IMG/VR virus record: IMGVR_UViG_3300012936_000009
Span: 127 to 64,126 of that record
Source of the DNA: a virus
Taxonomy: Duplodnaviria > Caudoviricetes
DNA length: 64,000 nucleotides
Strand: one strand, 5' to 3'
The notes beneath the pieces are model-generated. The model saw only the letters and a list, made by a program, of their open reading frames with translations. It did no database searches and was not told the DNA's origin. How positions within the stretch are numbered: position 1 is the first letter of the stretch; every line of letters starts with the position of its first letter. Made by a program: the position numbers and the translations under genes. Shown here piece after piece: positions 8,028-17,661 of this stretch.

Positions 8028-8182
8028 TAACCACTCTCAGATAGCTCTTCCTCAGGGACAGACTCTATTCTGCCATCAAAAATGACGTTATAAAAAATTC
8101 CGGCAAACGTCTTTATTCCAGAGACTACCACTCCAATTCGACCTCGAAGATCAACTACGATGTCTTTTTCTTTGAACTTCAT
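8027..8182 (-). CDS. Small hypothetical protein (51 aa, SH3-like beta pattern)
   Basis: Hand translation [22 protein letters not shown]...VPEEELSESG; ATGA and TAATG overlaps with both neighbours. Confidence 0.6.
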   Translation of the reverse strand: MKFKEKDIVVDLRGRIGVVVSGIKTFAGIFYNVIFDGRIESVPEEELSESG

Positions 8183-9180
8183 CTTAATATATGGGTCGAA
8201 CTCTCTATTTGAGAAGAGTTTGATTGAATTATAAATTCAGATTTGTTTCTAAACTCTTTTAAATTTAAAGAACCTGAATATGAACAAGCACTAGAAAGTT
8301 GCTTCTTCATCAAAGATATAATATCAATAATACTGCCTTTGTAAGGAATAGTAGTAGAAACTCCCTCTACAGAGTTGTGACTTCCCTTCCAGTCTCTTTG
8401 AGCTTCAATAGAAGCCATTCCTCTGTATACCTTATATTTTTTACCATCAGATGAAGCAAAAACCTCGCCAGGAGATTCATCGGTCCCAGCGAACATTGAA
8501 CCGCACATAATTAAATCAGCGCCTCCAGCGATCGCCTTTGCCACATCTCCCGTTGTTCTCATACCACCATCTGCAATTATCAAAGAGTCCCTATCAGTCT
8601 TGGAGCAGTCAATTACACTTTGTAAGGTTGGAACTCCGTGACCAGTTTGAATCCTTGTAGAACAAATAGAACCACCGCCGATACCCACTCTAATACTGTC
8701 AGCTCCCCAGTCTGATAAATCATTGAAACCTTCTAAGGTTGCAACGTTGCCAGCCATTATGTGAACAGATTTTCCAAACTTACTTCTCAGCTTTCCTAAA
8801 GCATCTTTCATTAGGATGTGGTGACCGTGAGCGACATCGACGCAAAAATATCTAATCCCTACTTCGTATAACGCCGAAGCGCGATCTATGAAATCTCCCG
8901 AAACTCCAATTGCGGTAGCCGGAAAAGCTCCTTTGGAGATAGAGTTTTTAGCTAATAGAACTTGCTCTTCTATCGTGTTGTATCGATGAATAACTCCCAT
9001 GCCTCCGCAATTAAACATCTCTACAGCCATATCTACTTCCGTGACGGTGTCCATCGGGCTAGAGATAAATGGACAACTCAATCCCAAAGAAGGAACGGAA
9101 AGATCAATCTCTTTCCTAGATTGGATTTCAGAATATTTCGGAACTAGCAAAACATCATCAAATGTTATTGTTTCTCTCAT
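8179..9180 (-). CDS. guaB: IMP dehydrogenase / GMP reductase family (short form, no CBS domains)
   Basis: [24 protein letters not shown], catalytic [21 protein letters not shown]. GuaB versus GuaC activity is not resolvable by eye. Confidence 0.85.
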   Translation of the reverse strand: MRETITFDDVLLVPKYSEIQSRKEIDLSVPSLGLSCPFISSPMDTVTEVDMAVEMFNCGGMGVIHRYNTIEEQVLLAKNSISKGAFPATAIGVSGDFIDRASALYEVGIRYFCVDVAHGHHILMKDALGKLRSKFGKSVHIMAGNVATLEGFNDLSDWGADSIRVGIGGGSICSTRIQTGHGVPTLQSVIDCSKTDRDSLIIADGGMRTTGDVAKAIAGGADLIMCGSMFAGTDESPGEVFASSDGKKYKVYRGMASIEAQRDWKGSHNSVEGVSTTIPYKGSIIDIISLMKKQLSSACSYSGSLNLKEFRNKSEFIIQSNSSQIESSTHILR

Positions 9181-9437
9181 TTTTTAACTCTTTCGTACTC
9201 TGAAGCTACACAGTATTTGTACATTTTGTCTCCCGAAAGGACATCGACTACCATTTTAATTTCAGCATACTTAGCCGCTTTTTTCAACCATGGCTTTAAA
9301 TCATATAAGATATCAGAGATATTTTTCTCGTATGGCCCTTTTGTAACTATCCCTACAGAACCGACTTCCATTTCATTATAAAAAGTGCTAGAATCTTCTC
9401 TAACTCTTTTTACGATATCATTCTTTTTTATCAGCAT
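9177..9437 (-). CDS. Hypothetical protein
   Basis: ORF in an overlapping operon. Confidence 0.6.
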   Translation of the reverse strand: MLIKKNDIVKRVREDSSTFYNEMEVGSVGIVTKGPYEKNISDILYDLKPWLKKAAKYAEIKMVVDVLSGDKMYKYCVASEYERVKK

Positions 9438-9712
9438 GAGTCTTTCATTAGAGAATATAATGTCTCTCTGGAATTTGTAACGGCGGCGATGTTCTCTAAA
9501 ACCTTCTCCAAGAGTTCCCTATCATCTGAAAAGATGCGATGAGCCCAATACCTATAAACAGAAACTTCATAGATCTCATCGGGTTTCTTGAACCTCTGTA
9601 TCTCTTTTATCCACTCTATGATGTCTTCCTTAGATTCACTCTTCAATATAGCAGGGCATTTTCCCGAAGGGACTAGAACTCTGCTTTTAGTAAATTCAAA
9701 AAAATTTTCCAT
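9431..9712 (-). CDS. Hypothetical protein
   Basis: ORF in an overlapping operon. Confidence 0.6.
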   Translation of the reverse strand: MENFFEFTKSRVLVPSGKCPAILKSESKEDIIEWIKEIQRFKKPDEIYEVSVYRYWAHRIFSDDRELLEKVLENIAAVTNSRETLYSLMKDSC

Positions 9713-10317
9713 TACTTTTTCTTACCTTTTCTTAAAAGCCTCTTTCTCTTTCTAGTTTTCAAAGACTTTATTTTAGATTTTTCTTCTTTTTCTTTTTGGC
9801 TAGTTTGGTTTCTACTTAACTTAATTTTTGACACTTTTTTGATAATCCTATTCTTCCTAAGCTGAGATAGTTTATCTATAGTCAAAACACCGTTCAAATG
9901 ATCAATCTCGTGTTGGATACAAGCAGCGGTTAATCCAGAGAATTTTTTGTTATATTCTTCTCCGTCTAAATTTTTCCAAAAAACTTCAATCTCGGAAAAC
10001 CTCTCCACTTCTACAGACAACCAAGGAAGGGAAAAACAAGACTCTGGAGATTTATTTTTACTAGACAGGAAATTAAAAGTAGGATTGATCATCAGTAAAG
10101 ATTCTGAGCATCCTTCTTTTTCTGATAAGATCTTCTCATTTATCACGATTACATTAACATTGAATCCAATTTGAGGAGCTGAAAGGCCGTATCCACCAGA
10201 TACGTTAAAAGTGTCTAACAAATCTTTAGCAATTTCTATGTCTGAATCGAAATTAAAATCTCGAGAAACGCAATTGAGTTTTTTATCTGGCCACTCTAAA
10301 ATTCTTCTATAAACCAT
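9712..10317 (-). CDS. def: Peptide deformylase with Lys/Arg-rich C-terminal tail
   Basis: GYGLSAPQIG, ESCFS (EGCLS variant), QHEIDHLNG. Start moved to ATG 10317 (MVYRRILEWP) because a separate small gene ends at 10319. Confidence 0.9.
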   Translation of the reverse strand: MVYRRILEWPDKKLNCVSRDFNFDSDIEIAKDLLDTFNVSGGYGLSAPQIGFNVNVIVINEKILSEKEGCSESLLMINPTFNFLSSKNKSPESCFSLPWLSVEVERFSEIEVFWKNLDGEEYNKKFSGLTAACIQHEIDHLNGVLTIDKLSQLRKNRIIKKVSKIKLSRNQTSQKEKEEKSKIKSLKTRKRKRLLRKGKKK

Positions 10318-10318
10318 A

Positions 10319-10471
10319 TTAAACCTTTGAAACTCTCCACGAGAGATAGCAAACACACGCAGTAGCAAAATTTAAAAAAGCTAAGTCCTTACTGATGAAA
10401 TAAAAGCTATAAACACAAAAAACTATATTTAAGACTGAGCAAGGCAACATAGTTTTGTTTAGAAAATTCAT
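10319..10471 (-). CDS. Small membrane protein (50 aa)
   Basis: Hand translation MNFLNKTMLPCSVLNIVFCVYSFYFISKDLAFLNFATACVCYLSWRVSKV; TGATG overlap. Confidence 0.5.
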   Translation of the reverse strand: MNFLNKTMLPCSVLNIVFCVYSFYFISKDLAFLNFATACVCYLSWRVSKV

Positions 10472-10800
10472 CAAGTTTCAGTCTTCTTCCTAGTTCTTCG
10501 CCTAGTAGTTTTAGGTTTAGTAACCGGTTTCTTCTCAGGTTTAACTTCCGCTTCAGACTCTGCTTCGGGCTCAACTTTTTTAGTTTTTCTGGAAACCTTA
10601 GGTTTTTCCGGTTTCTTAATTTCTTCTACTTTTCTCTCTTCTGCAATAGGTTCATCGGGAAAATATTTTTCTTTAGGAACAGTGAGATTTTTACTGATGC
10701 AATACTCCCTTAATTCCTCGTCTGAAGTTACTCCAATTTCCTTGAAAAACTTTTCCAGTTTAATATTTCCTCTAGCAATAAACCTTTCGAATGAATACAT
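10471..10800 (-). CDS. Hypothetical protein with Lys/Glu/Pro-rich tail
   Basis: AGGAG SD; low-complexity basic C-terminus. Confidence 0.65.
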   Translation of the reverse strand: MYSFERFIARGNIKLEKFFKEIGVTSDEELREYCISKNLTVPKEKYFPDEPIAEERKVEEIKKPEKPKVSRKTKKVEPEAESEAEVKPEKKPVTKPKTTRRRTRKKTET

Positions 10801-10809
10801 TTTTTCTCC

Positions 10810-11088
10810 TTAAATCATCGATTCTTCTTCTAAGTATGAAGCAACACACTCTTGGAATCTTGGATCTCGAGCGACTTTCATGATGTCTGTATCATCCATG
10901 TCATACAGTTCACAAACTCCGACAGCCATTTTCTTCATAGCTTCTAGTAAAATATTTCTAGCCGCAGAATGTTTCATCTTAAAACCACGGCTAGTCATTT
11001 CTTCTGCAATGTCTTTATAACTCATGCCTCCTGTTTTAATAACAGTAGCATATCCGTTTTCCGACTTGTAACCTTTAGGCATACTCAT
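10810..11088 (-). CDS. Stand-alone sigma region-4.2-like helix-turn-helix protein
   Basis: MSYKDIAEEM...MKHSAARNILLEAMKKM resembles a sigma-4 HTH; AGGAGG SD and ATGA overlap with the sigma gene. Confidence 0.55.
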   Translation of the reverse strand: MSMPKGYKSENGYATVIKTGGMSYKDIAEEMTSRGFKMKHSAARNILLEAMKKMAVGVCELYDMDDTDIMKVARDPRFQECVASYLEEESMI

Positions 11089-11852
11089 TTAGCGTCCCTC
11101 CTAATTTCCTTTACTTCATCTTTAGATAAAGAAAAATCTTGTTTATCGTTTTCGTTAGACTCTCCAATACCAAACCTCAAACGAATAATGTTTTCCTCTC
11201 GGCTTGTTAGAGTCTTTAAGGCAGTTCTCATGACTCCTTTTATTTTTACAGAATCCAAAACGTCTTCTACAGAAGTTGAACGCTCGTCGGGAATGATTTC
11301 AGCTATCTTTCTACCGGCACCACCTGACCTATCTCTTACGCTAGCGTCTAGCGACATTTGAGTTGAGCATTTTATCATAGACATAAGAGTGCTGGTAGGA
11401 ATTCCGAGGGCTTCCGAAACTTCATCGTAAGAAGGCTTCTGACCAAATTCATCTTCGAAGTCTCTTACCATCTCGTTCATCTTCCACAAAAGATTTCTAG
11501 TGTGAGCTGGCAACTTAATATCAGAAGCGTGGCTAGCTACGTGAGTTCTAACTGACTGTTTAATCCACCAGTAAGCGTATGTACTAAACTTGAAACCTTT
11601 TCTCCAGTCAAACCTGTCAACAGCTTTGATTAAACCCATGTTAGATTCTTGAATCAAGTCTTCTAAAGAACATCCTTTCTGCTGGTATTTTTTAGCAATA
11701 GAGATAGCCAATCTAAGATTAGATTGAATCATCTCATTTTTAGCTCTTGAATCTCCAGCTTCAATTCTTTTAGCTAAATCAATCTCTTGTTCTCTGGTGA
11801 GAAGGGGATATTTGCCAACTTTGACGAAGTATGTTTGTAACGCTTCTGACAT
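11085..11852 (-). CDS. Sigma70-family RNA polymerase sigma factor (regions 1.2-4.1; lacks the 4.2 HTH)
   Basis: YPLLTREQE, NLRLAISIAKKY, DLIQESNMGLIKAVDRFD..KGFKFSTYAYWWIKQ, PSYDEVSEALG, LTSREENIIRLRFGI; ends without TLEEVG/RERIRQIE. Confidence 0.9.
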   Translation of the reverse strand: MSEALQTYFVKVGKYPLLTREQEIDLAKRIEAGDSRAKNEMIQSNLRLAISIAKKYQQKGCSLEDLIQESNMGLIKAVDRFDWRKGFKFSTYAYWWIKQSVRTHVASHASDIKLPAHTRNLLWKMNEMVRDFEDEFGQKPSYDEVSEALGIPTSTLMSMIKCSTQMSLDASVRDRSGGAGRKIAEIIPDERSTSVEDVLDSVKIKGVMRTALKTLTSREENIIRLRFGIGESNENDKQDFSLSKDEVKEIRRDAK

Positions 11853-11879
11853 CTTTTTTCCTTGCTCCTTTTTTATTTT

Positions 11880-11908
11880 ATTATACCATATAGAAAATTA
11901 ATTTGCAC
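11880..11908 (-). promoter_or_regulatory. Sigma70-type promoter upstream of the sigma gene
   Basis: GTGCAA-17nt-TATAAT with an extended -10 TG, followed by AAGGAG. Confidence 0.6.
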
Positions 11909-12207
11909 TACTTTCTAAAAAAATTTTCGTGTGCTCTTTTTCTCCTTTGCCTTTGATCTACTTCTCTCTGGATGTAACAGATTTCTCGTTCTATAATCTT
12001 AGAAGACTTATCATCTTTTTTGGATCTAGATAACCTGAGATTTTTGTTTAGTCTATCGCTAAGAGATCTTATTTCATCATCACTCTTGTGAGCTAATTCC
12101 TCCCAATTGACGTTGATAATAACGATGGGATCGTTTCTCCGATCCTTCTTTTCTGGCTTTCTACTATTTCTGCTATTTTTCAAGATTCTTCTCCTGGTTT
12201 TTAACAA
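11908..12207 (-). CDS. Hypothetical basic protein
   Basis: ORF between groL and the sigma gene. Confidence 0.55.
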   Translation of the reverse strand: MLKTRRRILKNSRNSRKPEKKDRRNDPIVIINVNWEELAHKSDDEIRSLSDRLNKNLRLSRSKKDDKSSKIIEREICYIQREVDQRQRRKRAHENFFRK

Positions 12208-13756
12208 CTGCCGCGCAACCGACAGAGAGCAAGTTTAAAGCTGCGCTTGTAGCATTTTCAAGCGCGCTGATAGATACCTTAACTGGATCAATAATACCTT
12301 CTTTCATAATATTTGAAATTTTTCCAGTACTTGCATCGTATCCAAAATTGTTTTTTGAAGACTTTAATTTCTCTAAGATAACTTCTGGTACATCACCAGC
12401 GTTTTTAGAAATCTGATAAACTGGCATCTTAAGAGCTTGTGAAAGTATTTGATAACCTATGTCTTTCTTTTTGGAAATACTTTCGGAAATTCTAAACATA
12501 GCTGTTCCGCCTCCTGGGATTATTCCATCTTCTAGCGCAACTCGTGTTGCATTCACAGCGTCATCTACTCTGTCTCTCCTTTCGTTAACCTCACTTTCCG
12601 TCGAGCCCCCTACATAAATTACAGCAACTCCACTAGTCATTCTCTTTCTTCTACGATCTAAAACATTTCTTTCATCTATAGAAACATTCGGTTCATCAGC
12701 CCTCAATGTGATAGAAGAAATTCTCTGACTAACTAGCTCTTCATTGGAATCGCAATCTACAAAAACGCTCTTATCTTTGTATGCTTTGAAGTTCTTGCAA
12801 CTTCCCAACCTATCGAACAAAGATCCTTTCGGCCAATCCTCAGTATTCTCGTGGATCAACTGAGCTCCTAAAACAGCTGCTAGATCTTCCAACGCTTGTT
12901 CCCTGGCAATACCAAACTCCGGAGGCCTTAAAACGCAACATTTGAGATTTCCTTTAGATTTATTAAGAATCAAACCTTGAAGCGCCTCTCCGGAAACGTC
13001 GTTTGCTATAATAACCAGAGGTCGGTCTTTTCTGACGACTTCTTCTAAGACAGGCATGATACTCTTCATGTTTGTGATATTTTGGTTAGTCAAAAGAATA
13101 AAAGGGTTTTTGAAATCTACAGACTGCTTAGATTGATTATTTACAAAATAAGGAGAAATATAACCTCTATCGATTTGATATCCGTCAACTAGAACCAATT
13201 CAGTGTTGTATCCCTTAGAATTCTCTACGGAAACATAGCCATGAACACCGACTTTACTAACTGCTTCAGAGATGATCTCTCCTAAAGATTCTTCTCCGTT
13301 CGCAGAAATAGTGGCCACGTTCTTTAAATCTTTCTCGTTCCTAATATCAACCGCTGATTCCTTGAGCAAATTTATAGAAAAATCCTTAGCCTCTAAAAGA
13401 GACTCTCTTAGATCTCTTATGTTTCCACCGGTCGAAAGGTACTTTATTCCCTGTTCAAATATGGCTTGCGCCAAAACGGTTGACGTAGTCGTACCATCTC
13501 CCGCTATTTCGGCAGTTTGCCTCGCTGCTTCTTTCACAACTTGAGCGCCGAGGTTTTCAAATCTATCAACTAAATTGATAGCTTCCGCTACAGTAACACC
13601 GTCTTTAGTTAATATAGGAGGAGCATCTTCAACTTCTATCAAAACGTTTTGACCGCGGGGTCCCATTGTTATCTTCACAGCGTTAGAGAGTTTTCCTACA
13701 CCATCTAAAAGAGAAGATCTTAATTCATCTGAATATCTTAAAATTCTTTTTTGCAT
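12173..13756 (-). CDS. groL: Group I chaperonin (GroEL/Cpn60)
   Basis: TMGPRGQNV, TKDGVTVA, GDGTTT, DRGYISPYF, GIIDPVKV; no GGM tail. Confidence 0.95.
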   Translation of the reverse strand: MQKRILRYSDELRSSLLDGVGKLSNAVKITMGPRGQNVLIEVEDAPPILTKDGVTVAEAINLVDRFENLGAQVVKEAARQTAEIAGDGTTTSTVLAQAIFEQGIKYLSTGGNIRDLRESLLEAKDFSINLLKESAVDIRNEKDLKNVATISANGEESLGEIISEAVSKVGVHGYVSVENSKGYNTELVLVDGYQIDRGYISPYFVNNQSKQSVDFKNPFILLTNQNITNMKSIMPVLEEVVRKDRPLVIIANDVSGEALQGLILNKSKGNLKCCVLRPPEFGIAREQALEDLAAVLGAQLIHENTEDWPKGSLFDRLGSCKNFKAYKDKSVFVDCDSNEELVSQRISSITLRADEPNVSIDERNVLDRRRKRMTSGVAVIYVGGSTESEVNERRDRVDDAVNATRVALEDGIIPGGGTAMFRISESISKKKDIGYQILSQALKMPVYQISKNAGDVPEVILEKLKSSKNNFGYDASTGKISNIMKEGIIDPVKVSISALENATSAALNLLSVGCAAVVKNQEKNLEK

Positions 13757-13757
13757 T

Positions 13758-13967
13758 TTAACCTTTTAAAATTTTTGGCTTACTAGCACTTTCTATAATG
13801 TGGGCCGGAAGATTTTGAACCTGCCTCTTAGAACCCGTGATAGAGTTCTCAGCAATGAATAAATCTCCAAACTTATAAACCACTTCTTGTTCGTTTATCA
13901 CCTTGCTAGCCCTTAAAAAGGCTTGCGCTTCTTTACTTAAAACTACCTTCATTAGAAATTCCCTCAA
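13758..13967 (-). CDS. Hypothetical protein
   Basis: Small ORF ending KILKG; no GroES motifs. Confidence 0.55.
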   Translation of the reverse strand: MREFLMKVVLSKEAQAFLRASKVINEQEVVYKFGDLFIAENSITGSKRQVQNLPAHIIESASKPKILKG

Positions 13968-14760
13968 AAGTCTTCACATATTTAAGCCATGATTTCTCGT
14001 TGACCATACTGTTGAAATTAAGTTCGGAAAACCTTTCTCTGACTGTTTCAAAATCTCGATTAGAATCTCCAATAATAATACTTGAAACATCTTGGGGGTT
14101 TCTAAAACTTATTAAAAGTCTATTCCTTTCATACGTTTCCCTATTAGAGTCTCTCTTTTCAAGAAACTCTTTCAAAGCCGAATCATTGAGTGCTAGCTTT
14201 GCAGCAGTTTTATCACCAACCTTCGGTATCCCAGGAATATTGTCTGAGCTATCTCCTCTTAGAGATTTCCAAGTCAAGTAATCATATTCTGGAGCTTCTC
14301 TCATTTTCTTTGTAATGGGATTATATAACTCGCAATTTTCATGTTCTTGAAGCAGTTGTATGAAATCGGTATCAGAAGATACTACTACGCAGTTGTCTTT
14401 TAGGTGCTTTTCTAAAACCAAGTAAGCTATTAAATCATCTGCTTCCAAATTCAAATCTCTACACACAATAATCGGGAAAAAAGAGTCAACGATATTTTCT
14501 ATGATCCTCTTTTGGGAAAAGAAATTATCATCATGTTCTCTTACTCTATTTTGCTTATAGCCTGGGAGAATTTCCATTCTATCGCCGGGAGCACCATCCC
14601 TAACGAAGTAGCAGATATCGGGATTAAATTTTTCTACCAAAGGCCTTAAACTCCTAAAGAAGGAATACACAATAGCAGCGTCTCCTTCTCTTGCATATTT
14701 TGCAGAGTATCTAGCCCTATAGATTAAATTATTAGCGTCTAAGAGAAGTACTTTCTTCAA
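13933..14760 (-). CDS. 5'-3' exonuclease / flap endonuclease (PolI 5'-nuclease or T4 RNase H family)
   Basis: LLDANNLIYR, YKQNR, EADDLI, SSDTDFIQL, GDSSDNIPGIPKVGDKTA. Confidence 0.9.
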   Translation of the reverse strand: MKKVLLLDANNLIYRARYSAKYAREGDAAIVYSFFRSLRPLVEKFNPDICYFVRDGAPGDRMEILPGYKQNRVREHDDNFFSQKRIIENIVDSFFPIIVCRDLNLEADDLIAYLVLEKHLKDNCVVVSSDTDFIQLLQEHENCELYNPITKKMREAPEYDYLTWKSLRGDSSDNIPGIPKVGDKTAAKLALNDSALKEFLEKRDSNRETYERNRLLISFRNPQDVSSIIIGDSNRDFETVRERFSELNFNSMVNEKSWLKYVKTFEGISNEGSFK

Positions 14761-15097
14761 GTGGGTTCACTTCCATGTTGTTTTTGGCCATTTCAAATGT
14801 TTGTTTACAATCAAGCAGCATGGCATTTACGGCCTGAGTAACATGTTCATGAAGATTTTTTTCTAGTTCTTCCATGCCGGAAAACATTTTACACTTTTCT
14901 TCATTATACTTCAACTTCTGAGATTTAATTTGATCAGCTTCTTGAGAATACACTTCTAGAATATATTCGGTCTTCTGACCTTCTGTAAGAGTTTCTTTCA
15001 TAGTTTTTTCAAGAATCCTAGCCGAAAATATGCTTCCTGATTTTTCAAAAAACAGAAAGACATAATCTCCAACTTTTTTACCTTTATTTGCTTTCAA
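14732..15097 (-). CDS. Hypothetical protein
   Basis: ORF in operon. Confidence 0.6.
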   Translation of the reverse strand: MKANKGKKVGDYVFLFFEKSGSIFSARILEKTMKETLTEGQKTEYILEVYSQEADQIKSQKLKYNEEKCKMFSGMEELEKNLHEHVTQAVNAMLLDCKQTFEMAKNNMEVNPLEESTSLRR

Positions 15098-15755
15098 CTA
15101 TTTTCTCCAGTTTAAAAGAGTATTGTTTTTCTTTCCTACCCCAATTTATAATTCTTTCTATAGCTTTTTTCTTTTGATACGGCCTTTTTTTAGAATCAGA
15201 AACCACTTCTTTAGCTCTTTTGATAATTTCTTGATTTTTATCAATGACTTCCCCAAACAAAGGAGTACATTTAAGCATCGCGCTCGACTTCTTCATCCTA
15301 GACTTTCCTCTCGACCCAGAGGCTGGTGGATGGAAATCTTCTATGCACAATCCCTTAAAATACAAGACAGCTGCATTCTCGAAATCTCTGTCTACCAACA
15401 TATATAGAAAATCTAGATTTCCTTTCTTTTCAAGGGTTGCATAGTCACACTGAAGAGCCCACGTTTTATTGCTGTGGGGTGAAGTTAGTTTGCATTCTAA
15501 TTCTCTGTTTATTTCTCCGATGACAATATCAGGTTGCCCAGATCTTCCATCGTTAACGACATTAGAATATACTTTTGAAAGCTCTTTAGAGAATTCTCTC
15601 TCTTGTATAGATGACATCAAGATGTTTCTTCTGCCAATGTCCGACTTTATATCTAGACCCTCAGATTCATAAAGAGCGGATAGTTTTTGATTAAAGTCGT
15701 GCATCTTGCTTAGAGCACGACCGGCCATTTCTTCTGTTATGTATAATCCATCCAT
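15084..15755 (-). CDS. PD-(D/E)XK restriction-like endonuclease
   Basis: QPDIVI...ELECKLT catalytic pattern; start moved to ATG 15755, 6 nt after a TATAAT. Confidence 0.6.
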   Translation of the reverse strand: MDGLYITEEMAGRALSKMHDFNQKLSALYESEGLDIKSDIGRRNILMSSIQEREFSKELSKVYSNVVNDGRSGQPDIVIGEINRELECKLTSPHSNKTWALQCDYATLEKKGNLDFLYMLVDRDFENAAVLYFKGLCIEDFHPPASGSRGKSRMKKSSAMLKCTPLFGEVIDKNQEIIKRAKEVVSDSKKRPYQKKKAIERIINWGRKEKQYSFKLEKIVESK

Positions 15756-15761
15756 ACGTAA

Positions 15762-15790
15762 ATTATACACTGAAAATTAACGAATTACAT
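15762..15790 (-). promoter_or_regulatory. Sigma70-type promoter (leaderless transcript)
   Basis: ATGTAA-17nt-TATAAT, 6 nt before ATG 15755. Confidence 0.5.
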
Positions 15791-15793
15791 GAA

Positions 15794-16156
15794 TTAGTTC
15801 AAGTTTTCTCTTACTTTTTTGGAAATTTCCTGCCCCTTTCTGGTAGCTACTGCCAGGGGTTCTAACCCTAGAGCAATTCTTACTTTATCGAAAGTTTGAG
15901 GATCGAGGTTGTTTTTTAAGGTAGACATGTCAGCGTACTGATGTAAATCCATGTCGTAAATGGGAAGAGGATTGCCATCTTCCCCAGGTTCAAATTCCCC
16001 AGTTTCTTGACTTTTGAATATAAATAAAAATTTAGGCATTTCCCTACCAACGGGAACTTGTATAAAGGGAATGTGCGAACTTAGGCCGTCGGCATCTTCC
16101 TCATAACATATTTCAGGTACCCAGTTATTACTCATGTCTATCCTTTGTTTTCTCAT
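15794..16156 (-). CDS. Hypothetical protein
   Basis: ORF; likely start at MSNNWVPE after AAGGA. Confidence 0.6.
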   Translation of the reverse strand: MRKQRIDMSNNWVPEICYEEDADGLSSHIPFIQVPVGREMPKFLFIFKSQETGEFEPGEDGNPLPIYDMDLHQYADMSTLKNNLDPQTFDKVRIALGLEPLAVATRKGQEISKKVRENLN

Positions 16157-16190
16157 ATTATAAACAAGAATGTCGTTCTGTAATTGTATT

Positions 16191-17432
16191 TTATCTAAAT
16201 TGTAGAGTTTTTACTAGTTTCGAAACTTTTTCAACAATGGAGTCAGCTTCGCTGCTTAATCCTGAAAGTTCGTTTCTCATTTGTTCAATCGACTCGTAGG
16301 GAGAGAGAACTATGTCGATTACTTCACCGGTATCTTTCTGTATTTCTTGCATTATCTTAATAGCATCTTCCTGAAGGTTGGATTTCAAAGTATTAAAGAG
16401 ATAATTTTCCATCTCTGTAATGTAGTCTTTCTCTGTAGCTTTATCTCCAAGCCTCTTAAGCTTCGGCAACTTTCTCATCTTTTTGAGAAGATCAGATTCT
16501 TTTTCACCTTTTTTCTCTTCTTCTTTTCCGTCTTTAAAAGCAACGGCGATTTCTTCTTTCCCTCTTTGCAGCTCATTATCGAAATCACTGAGGTAGTTTC
16601 CTAAATCTATCCCAGCTGATTTTGCCTTATTGACAGCTGTTTCAAGGTTTTGATAGTTTTCGGCAGACATCATAGCTGCTAAAGATTCCAATCTATCTGG
16701 GATTCCTTCATCGGTGATCTCTTTTATGGCATCTTCTTTCATGCTTACGAATTCTTTAAAACCCTGCTGTATTTCGCTAGCACTAAAATCTATACCTTGC
16801 TTCTTTATCTCTTCCTCTATGTCCGCTGATATGTCTGGATTTTCTCCACCAGCTTCCATAAGGATGTTAATAAAGCCTTTCTTATAAGATTCTCCGAAGA
16901 ATAGGTTTTTCAAATCAGCCAACGCACCGCGTATCGGGCCTCTTGGTTCTGCGGTCGGCCCAGTAGGTCCGCCGGATCCTGGTTCTTCAGCATCTTTCAT
17001 AGCGTCTCTCTGTTCTTTGAAGACATCGTTGACGAATTTTCCTGCATCTATACCTTTTTTAACTGCGGCTGCTCCAAGAAAAAGGGTAGGATTCGCCATG
17101 AAAGAAATTACAGCAATTTCAGTTTTTATATCTTCAGTGACATTTTTCACGAAATCTGCATGTTCTTTATCAAACTGTTCTCTCTTTTGTTTATAAGCTT
17201 CAAGGAGTCTCTTTTTCTTCGTGGTACTGAATGTAAACAATATTCTCATGTTATATAGAACTCCGGAACCTACATCCTTCAGAGCTAGTTTGGCAGCTTT
17301 TAAAACGTCTGTGAATGGAGATACAAAGTACTGCATAAACTCATCGTTGGAAAGATATATTCCATACTGAGAAGATTCGTTAAGAGATTCTTCAACGAAG
17401 ACTTTGATGTACTTTTCTTTTAATTTACTCAT
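16191..17432 (-). CDS. Putative virion-internal helical protein
   Basis: Leader-like MSKLKEKYIKVFVEESLNES, internal FINILMEA; acidic and coiled-coil rich. Confidence 0.55.
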   Translation of the reverse strand: MSKLKEKYIKVFVEESLNESSQYGIYLSNDEFMQYFVSPFTDVLKAAKLALKDVGSGVLYNMRILFTFSTTKKKRLLEAYKQKREQFDKEHADFVKNVTEDIKTEIAVISFMANPTLFLGAAAVKKGIDAGKFVNDVFKEQRDAMKDAEEPGSGGPTGPTAEPRGPIRGALADLKNLFFGESYKKGFINILMEAGGENPDISADIEEEIKKQGIDFSASEIQQGFKEFVSMKEDAIKEITDEGIPDRLESLAAMMSAENYQNLETAVNKAKSAGIDLGNYLSDFDNELQRGKEEIAVAFKDGKEEEKKGEKESDLLKKMRKLPKLKRLGDKATEKDYITEMENYLFNTLKSNLQEDAIKIMQEIQKDTGEVIDIVLSPYESIEQMRNELSGLSSEADSIVEKVSKLVKTLQFR

Positions 17433-17661
17433 GATTATCCTCTAACCTTAATTCTATTCCTGTCTCCCTATAGTAAATATCAATCATCTCTCTTTCGAAA
17501 CTGTTCAAGCTTTGTTTTTTAGTTTTAGGATCTCTAGTGCTAAAGTTTTTTCGCATTTTTGATGGTAGTGATTTCAACATTATTTTCTTAAAATCCATCC
17601 AATCGTGGTTTTCTTCTAAGATCATAAAAGCTACTTTCATATATTTTTTATATTCTTCCAC
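17425..17661 (-). CDS. Hypothetical protein
   Basis: ORF in operon. Confidence 0.6.
   Translation of the reverse strand: MEEYKKYMKVAFMILEENHDWMDFKKIMLKSLPSKMRKNFSTRDPKTKKQSLNSFEREMIDIYYRETGIELRLEDNHE

Noticed and set aside
13758-13967. Small gene directly upstream of groL as groES
   Set aside because: No PLxDRV or mobile-loop GGI motifs and too short; left as hypothetical.
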